A stretch of DNA of 51,675 nucleotides. Origin: Kiloniellaceae bacterium. Lineage in GTDB: Bacteria; Pseudomonadota; Alphaproteobacteria; Kiloniellales; Kiloniellaceae. Below, piece after piece: positions 29,441 to 38,504 of the stretch (within the stretch, counting starts at the first letter, position 1; every line of letters begins with the position of its first letter). The position numbers and the translations under genes were made by a program. The notes below the pieces were generated by a model, which saw only the letters and a list, made by a program, of their open reading frames with translations, was not told the origin of the DNA and did not search any database. Where the stretch lies: the NCBI GenBank assembly GCA_041565695.1, contig JBFGUI010000001.1, positions 1 to 51,675 of the forward strand, in the 5' to 3' direction.

Positions 29441-30645
29441 GCCGCGGCCTCCTGCAGCCGCGCGATCAGGTGGCGGGCGGTTTCCGCGGCGCCACCCAGC
29501 TGAAACGGCGCCGCAGCGTCCAGGTCGTTCCGAGTCACCCCGCCGCGCGCCAGGGCCTGGGCGATCCCCTCGGCGAGCCGCGCGGGAGACAGCTCGGCTT
29601 CCGGCACCACGGTGATCAGTCCGCGTCTGGCCAGCGCCTCGGAGCGCTGGGTCTGTTCGGTCTCGGTACCGCCGGCAAAAGGCACCACCACGCCCGGCAG
29701 GCCGGCCGCCAGAACCTCCATCAGGGTGTTGTAGCCGCCCTGGCTGATCGACAGGCGGGCCCGGGTCAGCATGGCGGCGAAGTCGGGGCGCGCCGGTTCC
29801 ACGGCGATCCCGGGACCGGCCGCCGCGGCGATGGCGCGGAACTCCGCCTCCGGCATGTTGGGGCCGCTGAGCAGGCGCCAGGGGGCCTCGGCAAGGGGCG
29901 AAAGCGGCCGTGCCGCGAGCGCGGCGCGCAGCAGATCGGCGCCGACCGCGCCGCCGCCGGCGGAGACCAGCACCTCGCCCTGACCCGGCAGGGGTCCTTT
30001 GGCCGCGGCATCGGCGGCGCGCACCGCCGCGGCCACCTCCCCGGCCTCGGTGACGTAGCCGGTGTAGTGCAGGCGCTGGGCCACCGCCTCGCTCTCCGGA
30101 AAGCTGTCTTCCAGGCGGAAGAAACGCGGGTCGCCGTGGACGTAGAGCAGATCGAACTGGCGCGTGAAGCGCTCGACCATCCAGGTCGTCTTTTCCGGGC
30201 GGTCCGGCCGGTTGACGATGTCCCGCAGCGAGCAGGCGATGAGCGCCGGCGGATCCGCCGCGCGCGCGGCTTCGATCAGCGGGTCGAGCTCGAAGCGCAT
30301 CTTGCGGCGGCCGAAGGGATAGAGCTCGGTCATCACCACGCGGGGCCGGGTGCGCCGGTAGACCGCCATCAGCAGCTCACGGCGCCGCGCCTTCCAGGCT
30401 TCGTCGATCGGCCGGCCGTCCGCGTCGACGATGACGGCGAAGGTCTCGTCCTGGGCGCGGGCGGGCGGCAGTTGCACCACCTCGATGTCGTCCAGGCCGA
30501 GCCCCGCGACCGGCAGGCCGCCGGTGACGAAGACCACCTTCAGGCCGGCGCGATGGAAGGCGCGCGCCAGCACCGCGGCGCGGCGCACGTGGCCGATGCC
30601 AAGCAGATGCTGGACGTAGAGCAGGACGTCGCAACGCTGTCTCAT
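29437..30645 (-). CDS. GT-B glycosyltransferase (COG4671/GT28-C-like)
   Basis: YVQHLLGIGH, SAGGGAVG, SQGGYNT..E, EQ..R. Confidence 0.85.
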   Translation of the reverse strand: MRQRCDVLLYVQHLLGIGHVRRAAVLARAFHRAGLKVVFVTGGLPVAGLGLDDIEVVQLPPARAQDETFAVIVDADGRPIDEAWKARRRELLMAVYRRTRPRVVMTELYPFGRRKMRFELDPLIEAARAADPPALIACSLRDIVNRPDRPEKTTWMVERFTRQFDLLYVHGDPRFFRLEDSFPESEAVAQRLHYTGYVTEAGEVAAAVRAADAAAKGPLPGQGEVLVSAGGGAVGADLLRAALAARPLSPLAEAPWRLLSGPNMPEAEFRAIAAAAGPGIAVEPARPDFAAMLTRARLSISQGGYNTLMEVLAAGLPGVVVPFAGGTETEQTQRSEALARRGLITVVPEAELSPARLAEGIAQALARGGVTRNDLDAAAPFQLGGAAETARHLIARLQEAAA

Positions 30646-31244
30646 GTCTTCGCGCCCACCTTTTCCAGCGACAGGTTGAGGGACTCAGGAACGGGCCGGC
30701 CGTCGCGCGCCAGGGTGAAGACCTGGGCGCAGCCATCGCGCAGCCTGACCGGCGGCCTGGCGCGCATATCCCAGCCGCTGGCCAGCGCGTAGACGGCGCG
30801 GATCACGCCCTTGTGGGTGACGCCGACCACTGTCCCGCCGGAGGCCGCGAGGTGCGCCAGCAGAGGCGCGACCCGGCGCTGCACGTCGCGCGGGCTCTCG
30901 CCGCCGGGCGGACGGAAGTCGAGGCCGCGGGCCTCGTTGTCGGCCATCACAGCGCCGAGCCGGGCGCGCAGCTCGGCCAGGGTCTTGCCTTCCCACGCGC
31001 CCCAGTCGGTCTCGATCAGAGCCGGCTCCTCGCTCAGCGGCCCGTCGTGGAGGATTTCGGCGGTCTCGCGCGCGCGGGACAGCGGGCTGCAGATCCAGCG
31101 GGCGCCAGCGGCCTCCGGCGGCAGGCGCCAGCCGGATACCGCGGCGTGGCCGGCCGGCGACAGCGGCGGATCGCTGCGCCCCTGGATGCGCCCCGCCTCG
31201 TTCCACGCGGTGGCGCCGTGGCGGATCAGCAGCAGGCGGCTCAC
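30642..31244 (-). CDS. histidine phosphatase family protein
   Basis: LIRHGATAWN, SPLSRA.ETA, E.DWG.WEG, GGES, VTHKG; GTG start overlapping the upstream stop. Confidence 0.9.
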   Translation of the reverse strand: MSRLLLIRHGATAWNEAGRIQGRSDPPLSPAGHAAVSGWRLPPEAAGARWICSPLSRARETAEILHDGPLSEEPALIETDWGAWEGKTLAELRARLGAVMADNEARGLDFRPPGGESPRDVQRRVAPLLAHLAASGGTVVGVTHKGVIRAVYALASGWDMRARPPVRLRDGCAQVFTLARDGRPVPESLNLSLEKVGAKT

Positions 31245-32386
31245 CGGCCCTTCGCCTTCTTCGGCTCCAGGGCCTGCAGGATGACCTCCAGGCGGCGGGC
31301 CCCCGCCGGCAGGCTGTGATGCTCGGCAATCACGCCGGGCGCCGCCTTGGCCATGGCGCTGCGGCTGGCCTTCTGGGACAGCATCTCGCGTACGCTGGCA
31401 GCGAAGGTGTTGAGCCCCGGGTCGGCCAGATAGCCGGTGACGCCCTCGGCCACCACGCTCTCGACCCCCGGATTGCGGCCAGCGACAACGGGAATGCCGG
31501 CGGCCTGGGCCTCCAGCAGGGCCATGCCGAAGGCCTCGTTGACCGCGGGCCAGACCATCAGGTCGCAGGCGGCATAGAGCGCCGGCATGACCTGGGGCTG
31601 GACTAGGCCGAGGAAGCGCACCCGCGACGGCATGGCCCAGGCGAAGGCCTGCACCACGTCGTCGTAGGCCTGGCCCTCGCCGGCCACCACCAGCTGCCAG
31701 GGCATGTCGGGAATGGCTCGCAGGGCCTGGGCCAGGACCTGGTAGGACTTCAGCTTGTCGCCGGGGCGCATCATGGCGGCGGCCAGCAGCCACGGCAGGT
31801 CCGGGTCGAGATGCTGCTCGCTGGCCAGCACGGCGCGGTAGTCCTCGCGCAGCGGCCGGACCGCATCGAAGGGCGCGGTGTCGATGAAGGGCTTTATCGG
31901 CCGAACCTTGGCCGGGTCCGGGATCAGCTTGGCGTCCAGCGGATTGAGGGTGATCACCGCCGCGGCCTGCTCGAGGGCCGCCAGCACTGCGCGGTGGCCG
32001 GCCGCCCAGGCCCCCTCGGCGCGCTTGTAGGCCACCGAGGCCTCGGCCACCACGTAGGGGATTTTGAGGGCCTTGGCCACCCGGGGGCCGATCCAGTCCG
32101 GCGCCTTGTAGTAGAGGTGATAGGTGAACCAGAGCTGCGGGCGCTTGCGGGCCGGCAGCTTGCGGTAGCGGCGGATCAGCCGGTTGGCGAGGCGGGTGCC
32201 CAGCTTCTTCAGTCGTTCCTGGCGCTGCTTGTCGCCCTCCGGCTCGCGGCTGCGCAGCCGGGCCGCCAGCTCGACGTCGTGGCCGGCCAGTTCCAGGGCC
32301 TTCATGAACATGCGCGCCACCTGGCGGTCACCCGAGGGATTCCGGTGGGTCGGCGGCTTCAGCGGGGCATAGAAGGCGATGCGCAT
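31241..32386 (-). CDS. GT4 family glycosyltransferase
   Basis: MRIAFYAPLKPP..PSGDR, YHLYYKAPD, EAFGMALLEAQAAG (Ex7E). Confidence 0.9.
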   Translation of the reverse strand: MRIAFYAPLKPPTHRNPSGDRQVARMFMKALELAGHDVELAARLRSREPEGDKQRQERLKKLGTRLANRLIRRYRKLPARKRPQLWFTYHLYYKAPDWIGPRVAKALKIPYVVAEASVAYKRAEGAWAAGHRAVLAALEQAAAVITLNPLDAKLIPDPAKVRPIKPFIDTAPFDAVRPLREDYRAVLASEQHLDPDLPWLLAAAMMRPGDKLKSYQVLAQALRAIPDMPWQLVVAGEGQAYDDVVQAFAWAMPSRVRFLGLVQPQVMPALYAACDLMVWPAVNEAFGMALLEAQAAGIPVVAGRNPGVESVVAEGVTGYLADPGLNTFAASVREMLSQKASRSAMAKAAPGVIAEHHSLPAGARRLEVILQALEPKKAKGR

Positions 32387-32424
32387 CGTCGGTTGGGGGT
32401 GAGTTCTCTACGGCTCGGCTGGGA

Positions 32425-33762
32425 TTACTCGGCGGCCTCGCGGCGCGGCTCCGGGCACAGCCGCCGCGCCAAAGCCTCGATGCCGCCTTTCATATCAAAA
32501 TCGGTCAGGATGCGCTGCTGTCCCGCCCGGCCCAGACGCCGGCGCGCCGCCGGATCGGCGATCAGCCGGCCGAGCGCCGCAGCCAGGGCAGCCGGGTCGT
32601 CGGGCGGCACCAGGGCGCCGCTGACACCGTCCTCGATCAGTTCGGGGATCGCCGCCACCTGGGTGGCGAGGCAGGCCAGCCCCTGGCTCTGGGCTTCCAT
32701 CAGGACGTTGGGCAGGCCGTCGCGGTCGCCGTCGCGGGCGATGCGGCTGGCCAGCACGAAGAGGTCGGCGTTGCGGTACTGCGCCAGCACGTCGGCCTGG
32801 GCCTGGGCGCCCATCCAGGTGATGTGGCCGGCCAGGCCCAGTGCCTCGGCCTTTCGCTTGAGAGCGGTCTTCAGCGGGCCGCCGCCGATGTGGGTGAGGC
32901 GCCACTGCAGGCCGGCGGGCAGCTCGGCCAGGGCCTGCAGCAGGATGTCGTAGCCCTTCTTTTCAACCGCCCGGCCGACGGAAAGCAGGCGCACCGGATC
33001 ACCCGCCGCGCTGCCGTCACGGCCGGCCGGCGGCGGTGCTGTCTCGGGGGCGGCAAAGCGCGCCAGGTCGAGACCGTGGTAGAGCAGGTCGACGCGTGCC
33101 GGGTCCGGTGCGAGGCCGCGCAGATGCGCGGCGCCAAAGGCCGTGCAGGTCACCAGCCAGTCCGCCTCGGCCAGCTTTTCGCGCTTTTCCCACTCGGGGA
33201 TGGTCCAGATGTCCTTTGCGTGGGCCGACACGCACCACGGCAGCCGGTTCATGAGCGCCGCATAGCGGGCCACCGAGGCCGGGGTGTGCAGGAAGTGGGC
33301 GTAGAGCCGCGACACCTCCCCGGGCAGTTCGCGTGTCAGCACACAGGCCTGGCCGAAGCGGCGCACGCGGTTGGGCGTGAGGTCGCGGCGCAGATCGCGC
33401 AGGAAGGCCGCGCGCGCCGCACGATAACCGGGCAGGCGACGGGCGCGCCACCAGCCGCGCAGCACGCGCAGCGGTTCCTGGTAGAGGTACTCGGGCAGGT
33501 AGCTGACGGCGGCGCGGATCTCGGCGTGCACCGGGTGGCGCTTCGGGTCGGTGGGATGACGCAGCGAAACGAGATGCAGTTGTAGGCCCTGTTGTTCCAG
33601 GCCGTGCAGCTCCTGGGCGATAAAAGTCTCGGATAGCCGCGGATAGCCCTTCAGGATCACGGCGATGGTGCCGCTGCCGCGCCGCTGCGGCAGCGGGCGT
33701 TGCACCGTTCCGGAGCTGCCGCTGTCACGATCCATGGCGTTTAGCGGGTTCGGCGACGTCAC
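32425..33762 (-). CDS. GT4 family glycosyltransferase
   Basis: KGYPRLSETFI..E, HFLHTP, HAKDI, VGRAVEKKG, DGLPNVLMEA; start may be a downstream ATG. Confidence 0.9.
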   Translation of the reverse strand: MTSPNPLNAMDRDSGSSGTVQRPLPQRRGSGTIAVILKGYPRLSETFIAQELHGLEQQGLQLHLVSLRHPTDPKRHPVHAEIRAAVSYLPEYLYQEPLRVLRGWWRARRLPGYRAARAAFLRDLRRDLTPNRVRRFGQACVLTRELPGEVSRLYAHFLHTPASVARYAALMNRLPWCVSAHAKDIWTIPEWEKREKLAEADWLVTCTAFGAAHLRGLAPDPARVDLLYHGLDLARFAAPETAPPPAGRDGSAAGDPVRLLSVGRAVEKKGYDILLQALAELPAGLQWRLTHIGGGPLKTALKRKAEALGLAGHITWMGAQAQADVLAQYRNADLFVLASRIARDGDRDGLPNVLMEAQSQGLACLATQVAAIPELIEDGVSGALVPPDDPAALAAALGRLIADPAARRRLGRAGQQRILTDFDMKGGIEALARRLCPEPRREAAE

Positions 33763-34991
33763 CGCCGTCCCTTGCTGGGGGCCTGCTCGGCCAGGGTGAG
33801 GCGGTTGGCGCCGTGCTCCAGCCAGTAGCTGGCCAGGCGCACCACGTTGCTCGGACCGTCCAGCAGCCCCGGCACCACCACTTCCGAGGGGCGCCGCTGC
33901 TGCGGCAGGTTGCGCAGCGCCGTAGCCATAAGCTGCGCCTCGCGCGTGCCGTCGTCGCGCAGCATGCGCACCAGGCCCAGGTCCTGGGCGCGCGAGGCGC
34001 GGATGTACTGTTCCATGCGCGGCATGGTGCGTGGGACCACCAAGGCCCGCTTGTCGAAGGAGAGCACCTCGCAGAAGGTGTTGTAGCCGCCCATGCAGAC
34101 CACGCCAAGGGCGCGGTCCATGAGGTTTTCCAGGTGCGCCTCGAAGGTCACCGCCTCGACGTTCTCGAGTTGGGCCGCCCGCGCCTGGAAGTCGGCCTGG
34201 GCCTCGCTGCTCATGAAGGGACCGAGCACCAGCAGCGCCGGATGCGGCAGCATCGGATCGCTCTCGTAGGCGCGCAGCACCCAGTCGATGATCGCCTCGC
34301 CATCGCCGCCGCCGCCGACGGTGACCAGCAGGAAGGGCGCGTTGATCTTCTCGAGGGTGAGCTGGGGCGGGGCCTGCGGCAGGCTGCGCTTCAGATAGCC
34401 GGTGTAGGTCATTTTCTTGCGCACGGAATCCGGCAGATCAATGCCCTCCAGGGGATCGCAGATCTGCGGCAGGCCGTAGACCCAGATGTCGTCGAAGTAG
34501 GCCTGCAGCGCCGGGACCACGCGCTTGCGCTCCCACTCCGGAGCCAGCAGGCCCGGTTCGTCCATCACGTCGCGCAGGCCCAGCACGCAGGGCGTGCCGC
34601 GCTGACGCAGCAGCGCCAGGGTATTCTCCACCTCGCCGCGCAGGCCGAGCGGCTCCTTGTCGACGATGAAGAGGTCAGGATTGAAGATCTCGGCGGTGTG
34701 CTCGATGATCGAGGCGCGCATGGCCAGCGTCTGCTCGACATCGATGTGCAGCATCAGGGAGGTGTATTCACCGTTGCGCAGCTTGATGACGCCCGGCACG
34801 CGCACGAAGTCGACGCGGGCGCGGAAGTCGAAGGAACCGATGATCGGCGAGCCGGAGAGGATCAGTACAGACAGCGAACTCTGGGCCTCGGCCAGGGTAT
34901 GGGCGATTTCCCGGCAGCGCCGCAGGTGGCCCAGGCCGAAGCTGTCATGGCTGTAGATGAGGACACGCTTGCCCTTGCGGCTGTCCTGCAT
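33759..34991 (-). CDS. GT-B glycosyltransferase (COG4671/GT28-C-like)
   Basis: YSHDSFGLGHLRR, VDKEP.G, LGLRDVMD, TVGGGGDG, MGGYNTFCE, PR..EQ. Confidence 0.87.
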   Translation of the reverse strand: MQDSRKGKRVLIYSHDSFGLGHLRRCREIAHTLAEAQSSLSVLILSGSPIIGSFDFRARVDFVRVPGVIKLRNGEYTSLMLHIDVEQTLAMRASIIEHTAEIFNPDLFIVDKEPLGLRGEVENTLALLRQRGTPCVLGLRDVMDEPGLLAPEWERKRVVPALQAYFDDIWVYGLPQICDPLEGIDLPDSVRKKMTYTGYLKRSLPQAPPQLTLEKINAPFLLVTVGGGGDGEAIIDWVLRAYESDPMLPHPALLVLGPFMSSEAQADFQARAAQLENVEAVTFEAHLENLMDRALGVVCMGGYNTFCEVLSFDKRALVVPRTMPRMEQYIRASRAQDLGLVRMLRDDGTREAQLMATALRNLPQQRRPSEVVVPGLLDGPSNVVRLASYWLEHGANRLTLAEQAPSKGRR

Positions 34992-35216
34992 GCCGCGGTC
35001 TCCCTCGTGGCGGTCTGCCGGGGCGACTATGGCACAGCCGGGCTGGCGGTGTCACCGGGCGGATTTCCGGGGTCAGCCGCACCCCCGCAGCGCCTCAGAA
35101 TGTTTCATTTCCGGCTGATCATGCTCTAAGTTGCCGCTGAACGGCCGGCCAAGACCCCGCCAAGGGGCGGAAACGGCAGAACGGAGTCCGCCGGACCCGG
35201 CCGGTGGCGAGGGGCA

Positions 35217-37925
35217 ATGGAACCGAACCTCTTCAAGTATGTCTGGCGGCACAGCCGCGCCGAGCAGGTGGTCATACTGCTGCTGGTGCTGCTGTCGCTG
35301 CCGTTCTACTACCTCTCGCTGAACCTGCCCAAGCAGATTGTCAACGAGGGCATCCAGGGCCAGGGCTTCGAGGGGCCGGGATCGACGCAGCCCTTTCTGG
35401 CCTTCGATCTGCCCTACGCGGAGCAGATCTTCGGCGCACCGATGCAGCTGTTTGATGGCTTTTCGCTGGAACAGCAGGACATGCTGCTGGCGCTCAGCTT
35501 CACCTTCCTGTCCCTGGTGATCGTCAACGGCGGCTTCAAGCTGTTCATCAACACGCGCAAGGGGCGCATGGGAGAGCGCATGCTGCGCCGCCTGCGCTAC
35601 GAGCTGGGCGATCGCATCCTGCGCTTCCCGCTGCCGTATTTGAAGCGAACGAAGCCCTCCGAGATGGCGACCATGATCAAGGACGAGGTGGAGCCGCTCG
35701 GCGGCTTCATCGGCGATGCCTTCGCAACGCCCGTTTTTCTCGGTGGGCAGGCGGCCACGGCGCTCCTGTTCATCATGGTGCAGTCGGTCTGGCTCGGCCT
35801 CGTGGCGGCCGCCGTGGTGCTGTTCCAGTCCTTCCTGATTCCCCGCCTGCGCCGGCGCATCCTGGTGCTCGGCCGCGAACGCCAGCTGACCGCGCGCCAG
35901 CTCGCCGGGCGCATCGGCGAGCTCATCGACGGCGGCATCGAGGTCCAGGCGCACGACGCCACCAACTACGAGCGCGCCGACCTGGCCGCGCGCCTCGGGC
36001 GCATCTTCAGGATCCGCTACGAAATCTATCAGAGGAAGTTTTTTGTAAAATTTCTCAACAACTTCCTGGCTCAGCTGACACCCTTTGTGTTCTATGCCGG
36101 CGGCGGTCTTCTGGCCATCTCCGGCCACCTCGACATTGGTGCCCTGGTGGCGGTGATCGCCGCCTACAAGGACCTGCCGACGCCGATCAAGGAGCTGATT
36201 GACTGGGATCAGCAGCGCCTGGACGTGCAGATCAAGTACGAGCAGGTGATCAGCCAGTTCCAGCCGCCGCAGCTCATCGATCCGGCGCAGCAGGCGCCCG
36301 ACAACGACGCCGGACCGCCGCTGCAGGGGGACATCGTGGCCTCCGCCCTGACCTTGCTGGACGAAACCGATCAGCCGCTGGTGCGCGCCGTCAACTTCTC
36401 CATCGGCGTATCCGAGCACGTCGCCGTGGTCGGACCCAGCGGCAGCGGCATGGAGCAGCTGAGCTTCCTGCTGGCTGGCCTGGTGTCGCCGAGCTCCGGC
36501 TCGCTGCGCATCGGCGGACGGGACATCGAGCGCCTGCCGAGCGCCGTCACCGGCCGGCGCATCACCTATGTCGGGCCCAACGCCTACCTCTTCGGCGGAT
36601 CGCTGCGCGACAACCTTCTCTACGGCCTGAAGCACCGCCCGGTGCGCCCGGCCGAGCCGGGCGCGGCGGTCAGCCCGGAGGATATCGACGAGGCACGGCG
36701 CGCCGGCAACCCGGACTTCGACGTCAACGCGGACTGGATCGACTACGAGGCGGCCGGTGCCAGCGGCGCGAACGACATCAATGCCAGGCTGCTGGAGGTT
36801 CTCGGGTTGGTCGATCTGAAGAGCGATGCCTATCGCTTCGGCCTCGGCGGCACCATCGACCCCGAGCAGCGGCCCGATATGACCGAAGGAGTACTGAAAG
36901 CCCGCGCGGCACTGATCGATCGGCTGGCCAGCAGCGGCAACGACGACCTGGTGGTGCGCTTCGCGGAGGACAGCTACAACAACAACGCCAGCGTGGCGGA
37001 GAACCTGCTGTTCGGGACGCCGCGGGTGCCCGAGTTCGCGTCCAAGGCGCTGGCTAAGAACGACGCCGTGGCCCGGGTGCTGGCGGCCATCGAGTTGACC
37101 GACGCCTTCATCGGCATGGGCGTCACCATCGCCAAGACCATGGTCGAGATCTTTGCCGACCTGCCGCCCGGCCATCCCTTCTTCGAGCAGTTCAGCTTCA
37201 TCAGCGACGACGACCTGCCGGAGTTCCGCACCATCGTGACCCGGGTGGAGAGTGCCGGCACCGGGGCCCTCGACCGGCCCGCCCGGGAGCTGCTGCTCGG
37301 ACTGCCGTTCAACTACGTGGAGGCGCGCCACCGCCTCGGGCTGATCGACGAAGCCATGGCCGAGCGCCTGGTCGCGGCGCGCCACAGCCTGGCCGAGCAC
37401 CTGGCGGAGGAGGCGCCCGAGGCGGTTGAGTTCTATCGCGCCGACGCCTACAACGCCGCGGCCTCCCTGCAGGACAACATCCTTTTCGGGCGCCTCGCCT
37501 TCGGAAAGGCCGGCGCCGAGCAGATCATCGGCGACACCCTGAGCGAGCTGCTCGACGACCTGGGGCTGCGCGAGACGGTGATCGAGGTCGGGCTCGACTA
37601 CAACGTCGGAGTCGCCGGTTTGCGGCTGAGCGCCGTGCAGCGCCAGAAGCTCGCCCTGGCCCGGGCGCTGCTGAAGCGGCCGGACGTCCTGGTGATCAAC
37701 GAGGCCGCCTCGGTGCTGGACGGCGCCGGGCAGGCCCGCCTGGTTGAGCGGATCCTCGATCTGCGCGAAGGCAAGGGCGTGATCTGGGCTCTGCAGCGGC
37801 CGGAGCTGGCGGCGCAGTTCGACACCATTCTCGTGATGAGCGACGGTCGCCTCGTCGAGCAGGGCAGCTACGGTGACCTGACGCAACGGGACTCGGCCTT
37901 CAAGGGTCTGGTCGCAGCAGAGTAG
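35217..37925 (+). CDS. ABC exporter-type fused permease/NBD with degenerate, internally expanded NBD
   Basis: N-terminal ABC_membrane region; Walker A GPSGSGME, signature LSAVQ, Walker B VLVINE; 902 aa. Confidence 0.88.
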   Translation: MEPNLFKYVWRHSRAEQVVILLLVLLSLPFYYLSLNLPKQIVNEGIQGQGFEGPGSTQPFLAFDLPYAEQIFGAPMQLFDGFSLEQQDMLLALSFTFLSLVIVNGGFKLFINTRKGRMGERMLRRLRYELGDRILRFPLPYLKRTKPSEMATMIKDEVEPLGGFIGDAFATPVFLGGQAATALLFIMVQSVWLGLVAAAVVLFQSFLIPRLRRRILVLGRERQLTARQLAGRIGELIDGGIEVQAHDATNYERADLAARLGRIFRIRYEIYQRKFFVKFLNNFLAQLTPFVFYAGGGLLAISGHLDIGALVAVIAAYKDLPTPIKELIDWDQQRLDVQIKYEQVISQFQPPQLIDPAQQAPDNDAGPPLQGDIVASALTLLDETDQPLVRAVNFSIGVSEHVAVVGPSGSGMEQLSFLLAGLVSPSSGSLRIGGRDIERLPSAVTGRRITYVGPNAYLFGGSLRDNLLYGLKHRPVRPAEPGAAVSPEDIDEARRAGNPDFDVNADWIDYEAAGASGANDINARLLEVLGLVDLKSDAYRFGLGGTIDPEQRPDMTEGVLKARAALIDRLASSGNDDLVVRFAEDSYNNNASVAENLLFGTPRVPEFASKALAKNDAVARVLAAIELTDAFIGMGVTIAKTMVEIFADLPPGHPFFEQFSFISDDDLPEFRTIVTRVESAGTGALDRPARELLLGLPFNYVEARHRLGLIDEAMAERLVAARHSLAEHLAEEAPEAVEFYRADAYNAAASLQDNILFGRLAFGKAGAEQIIGDTLSELLDDLGLRETVIEVGLDYNVGVAGLRLSAVQRQKLALARALLKRPDVLVINEAASVLDGAGQARLVERILDLREGKGVIWALQRPELAAQFDTILVMSDGRLVEQGSYGDLTQRDSAFKGLVAAE

Positions 37926-37996
37926 GAAGGGGCCATGGGCAGGCAGATCGCCAGGCAGCGCGGCGCAGCAACAGCGAAGACGAGAGGGAGCCGGGC

Positions 37997-38446
37997 ATGA
38001 GCATCGACCAAGAGGTGGAAATCCTGCGGCGCATTCCGATCTTTGCGCAGATCGACCCGGCAAAGCTAAAACTCATGGCCTTCGCCAGCGAAAGGGTGAC
38101 CTACAAACCCGGGCAGATCCTGTTCAAACAGGGTGAGCAGGGCGACTGCGCCTTCATCGTGCTGAAGGGCACTGCCGACATCCTGATCGACGGCAACGGC
38201 GAGCAGCTGCGCGTCGCCTCGCTGTCGGAGAACGAGATCATCGGCGAGATCGCCATCCTCTGCGACATCCCGCGCACCGCCACGGTGCAGGCGGCCACCG
38301 AGCTGACGACCCTGAGGATTACCGCCGATCTTTTCTTCCGCATGCTGATGGATTTCCCGGAGATGGGGGTCGAGGTAATGCGCGTCCTGGCGCACCGCTT
38401 GGAGCAGACCACCGACCAGCTGCGCCGGGCCCAGGCCGGCCACTGA
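37997..38446 (+). CDS. stand-alone cyclic nucleotide-binding domain protein
   Basis: LFKQGEQGD, IVLKG, phosphate-binding cassette GEIAILCDIPRTATV; 149 aa with no HTH. Confidence 0.92.
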   Translation: MSIDQEVEILRRIPIFAQIDPAKLKLMAFASERVTYKPGQILFKQGEQGDCAFIVLKGTADILIDGNGEQLRVASLSENEIIGEIAILCDIPRTATVQAATELTTLRITADLFFRMLMDFPEMGVEVMRVLAHRLEQTTDQLRRAQAGH

Positions 38447-38504
38447 ACGGGGGGATTTCCTTGCCCCAACCCCTTTCCCGGCTGCGCCGCCGGCGGCACG
38501 CCCC

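Noticed and set aside
30642-31793. 383-aa version of the histidine phosphatase ORF
   Set aside because: The N-terminal extension overlaps the GT4 gene; the RHG motif places the start at GTG 31244
34992-35216. CRP/Clr-type box in the divergent GT/ABC promoter region
   Set aside because: No convincing TGTGA-N6-TCACA or TGTT-N8-AACA palindrome seen
35073-38063. 996-aa antisense ORF over the ABC gene (likewise 21391-23694, 26033-28303, 43239-45278)
   Set aside because: Mirror frames of real genes, with no domain signatures
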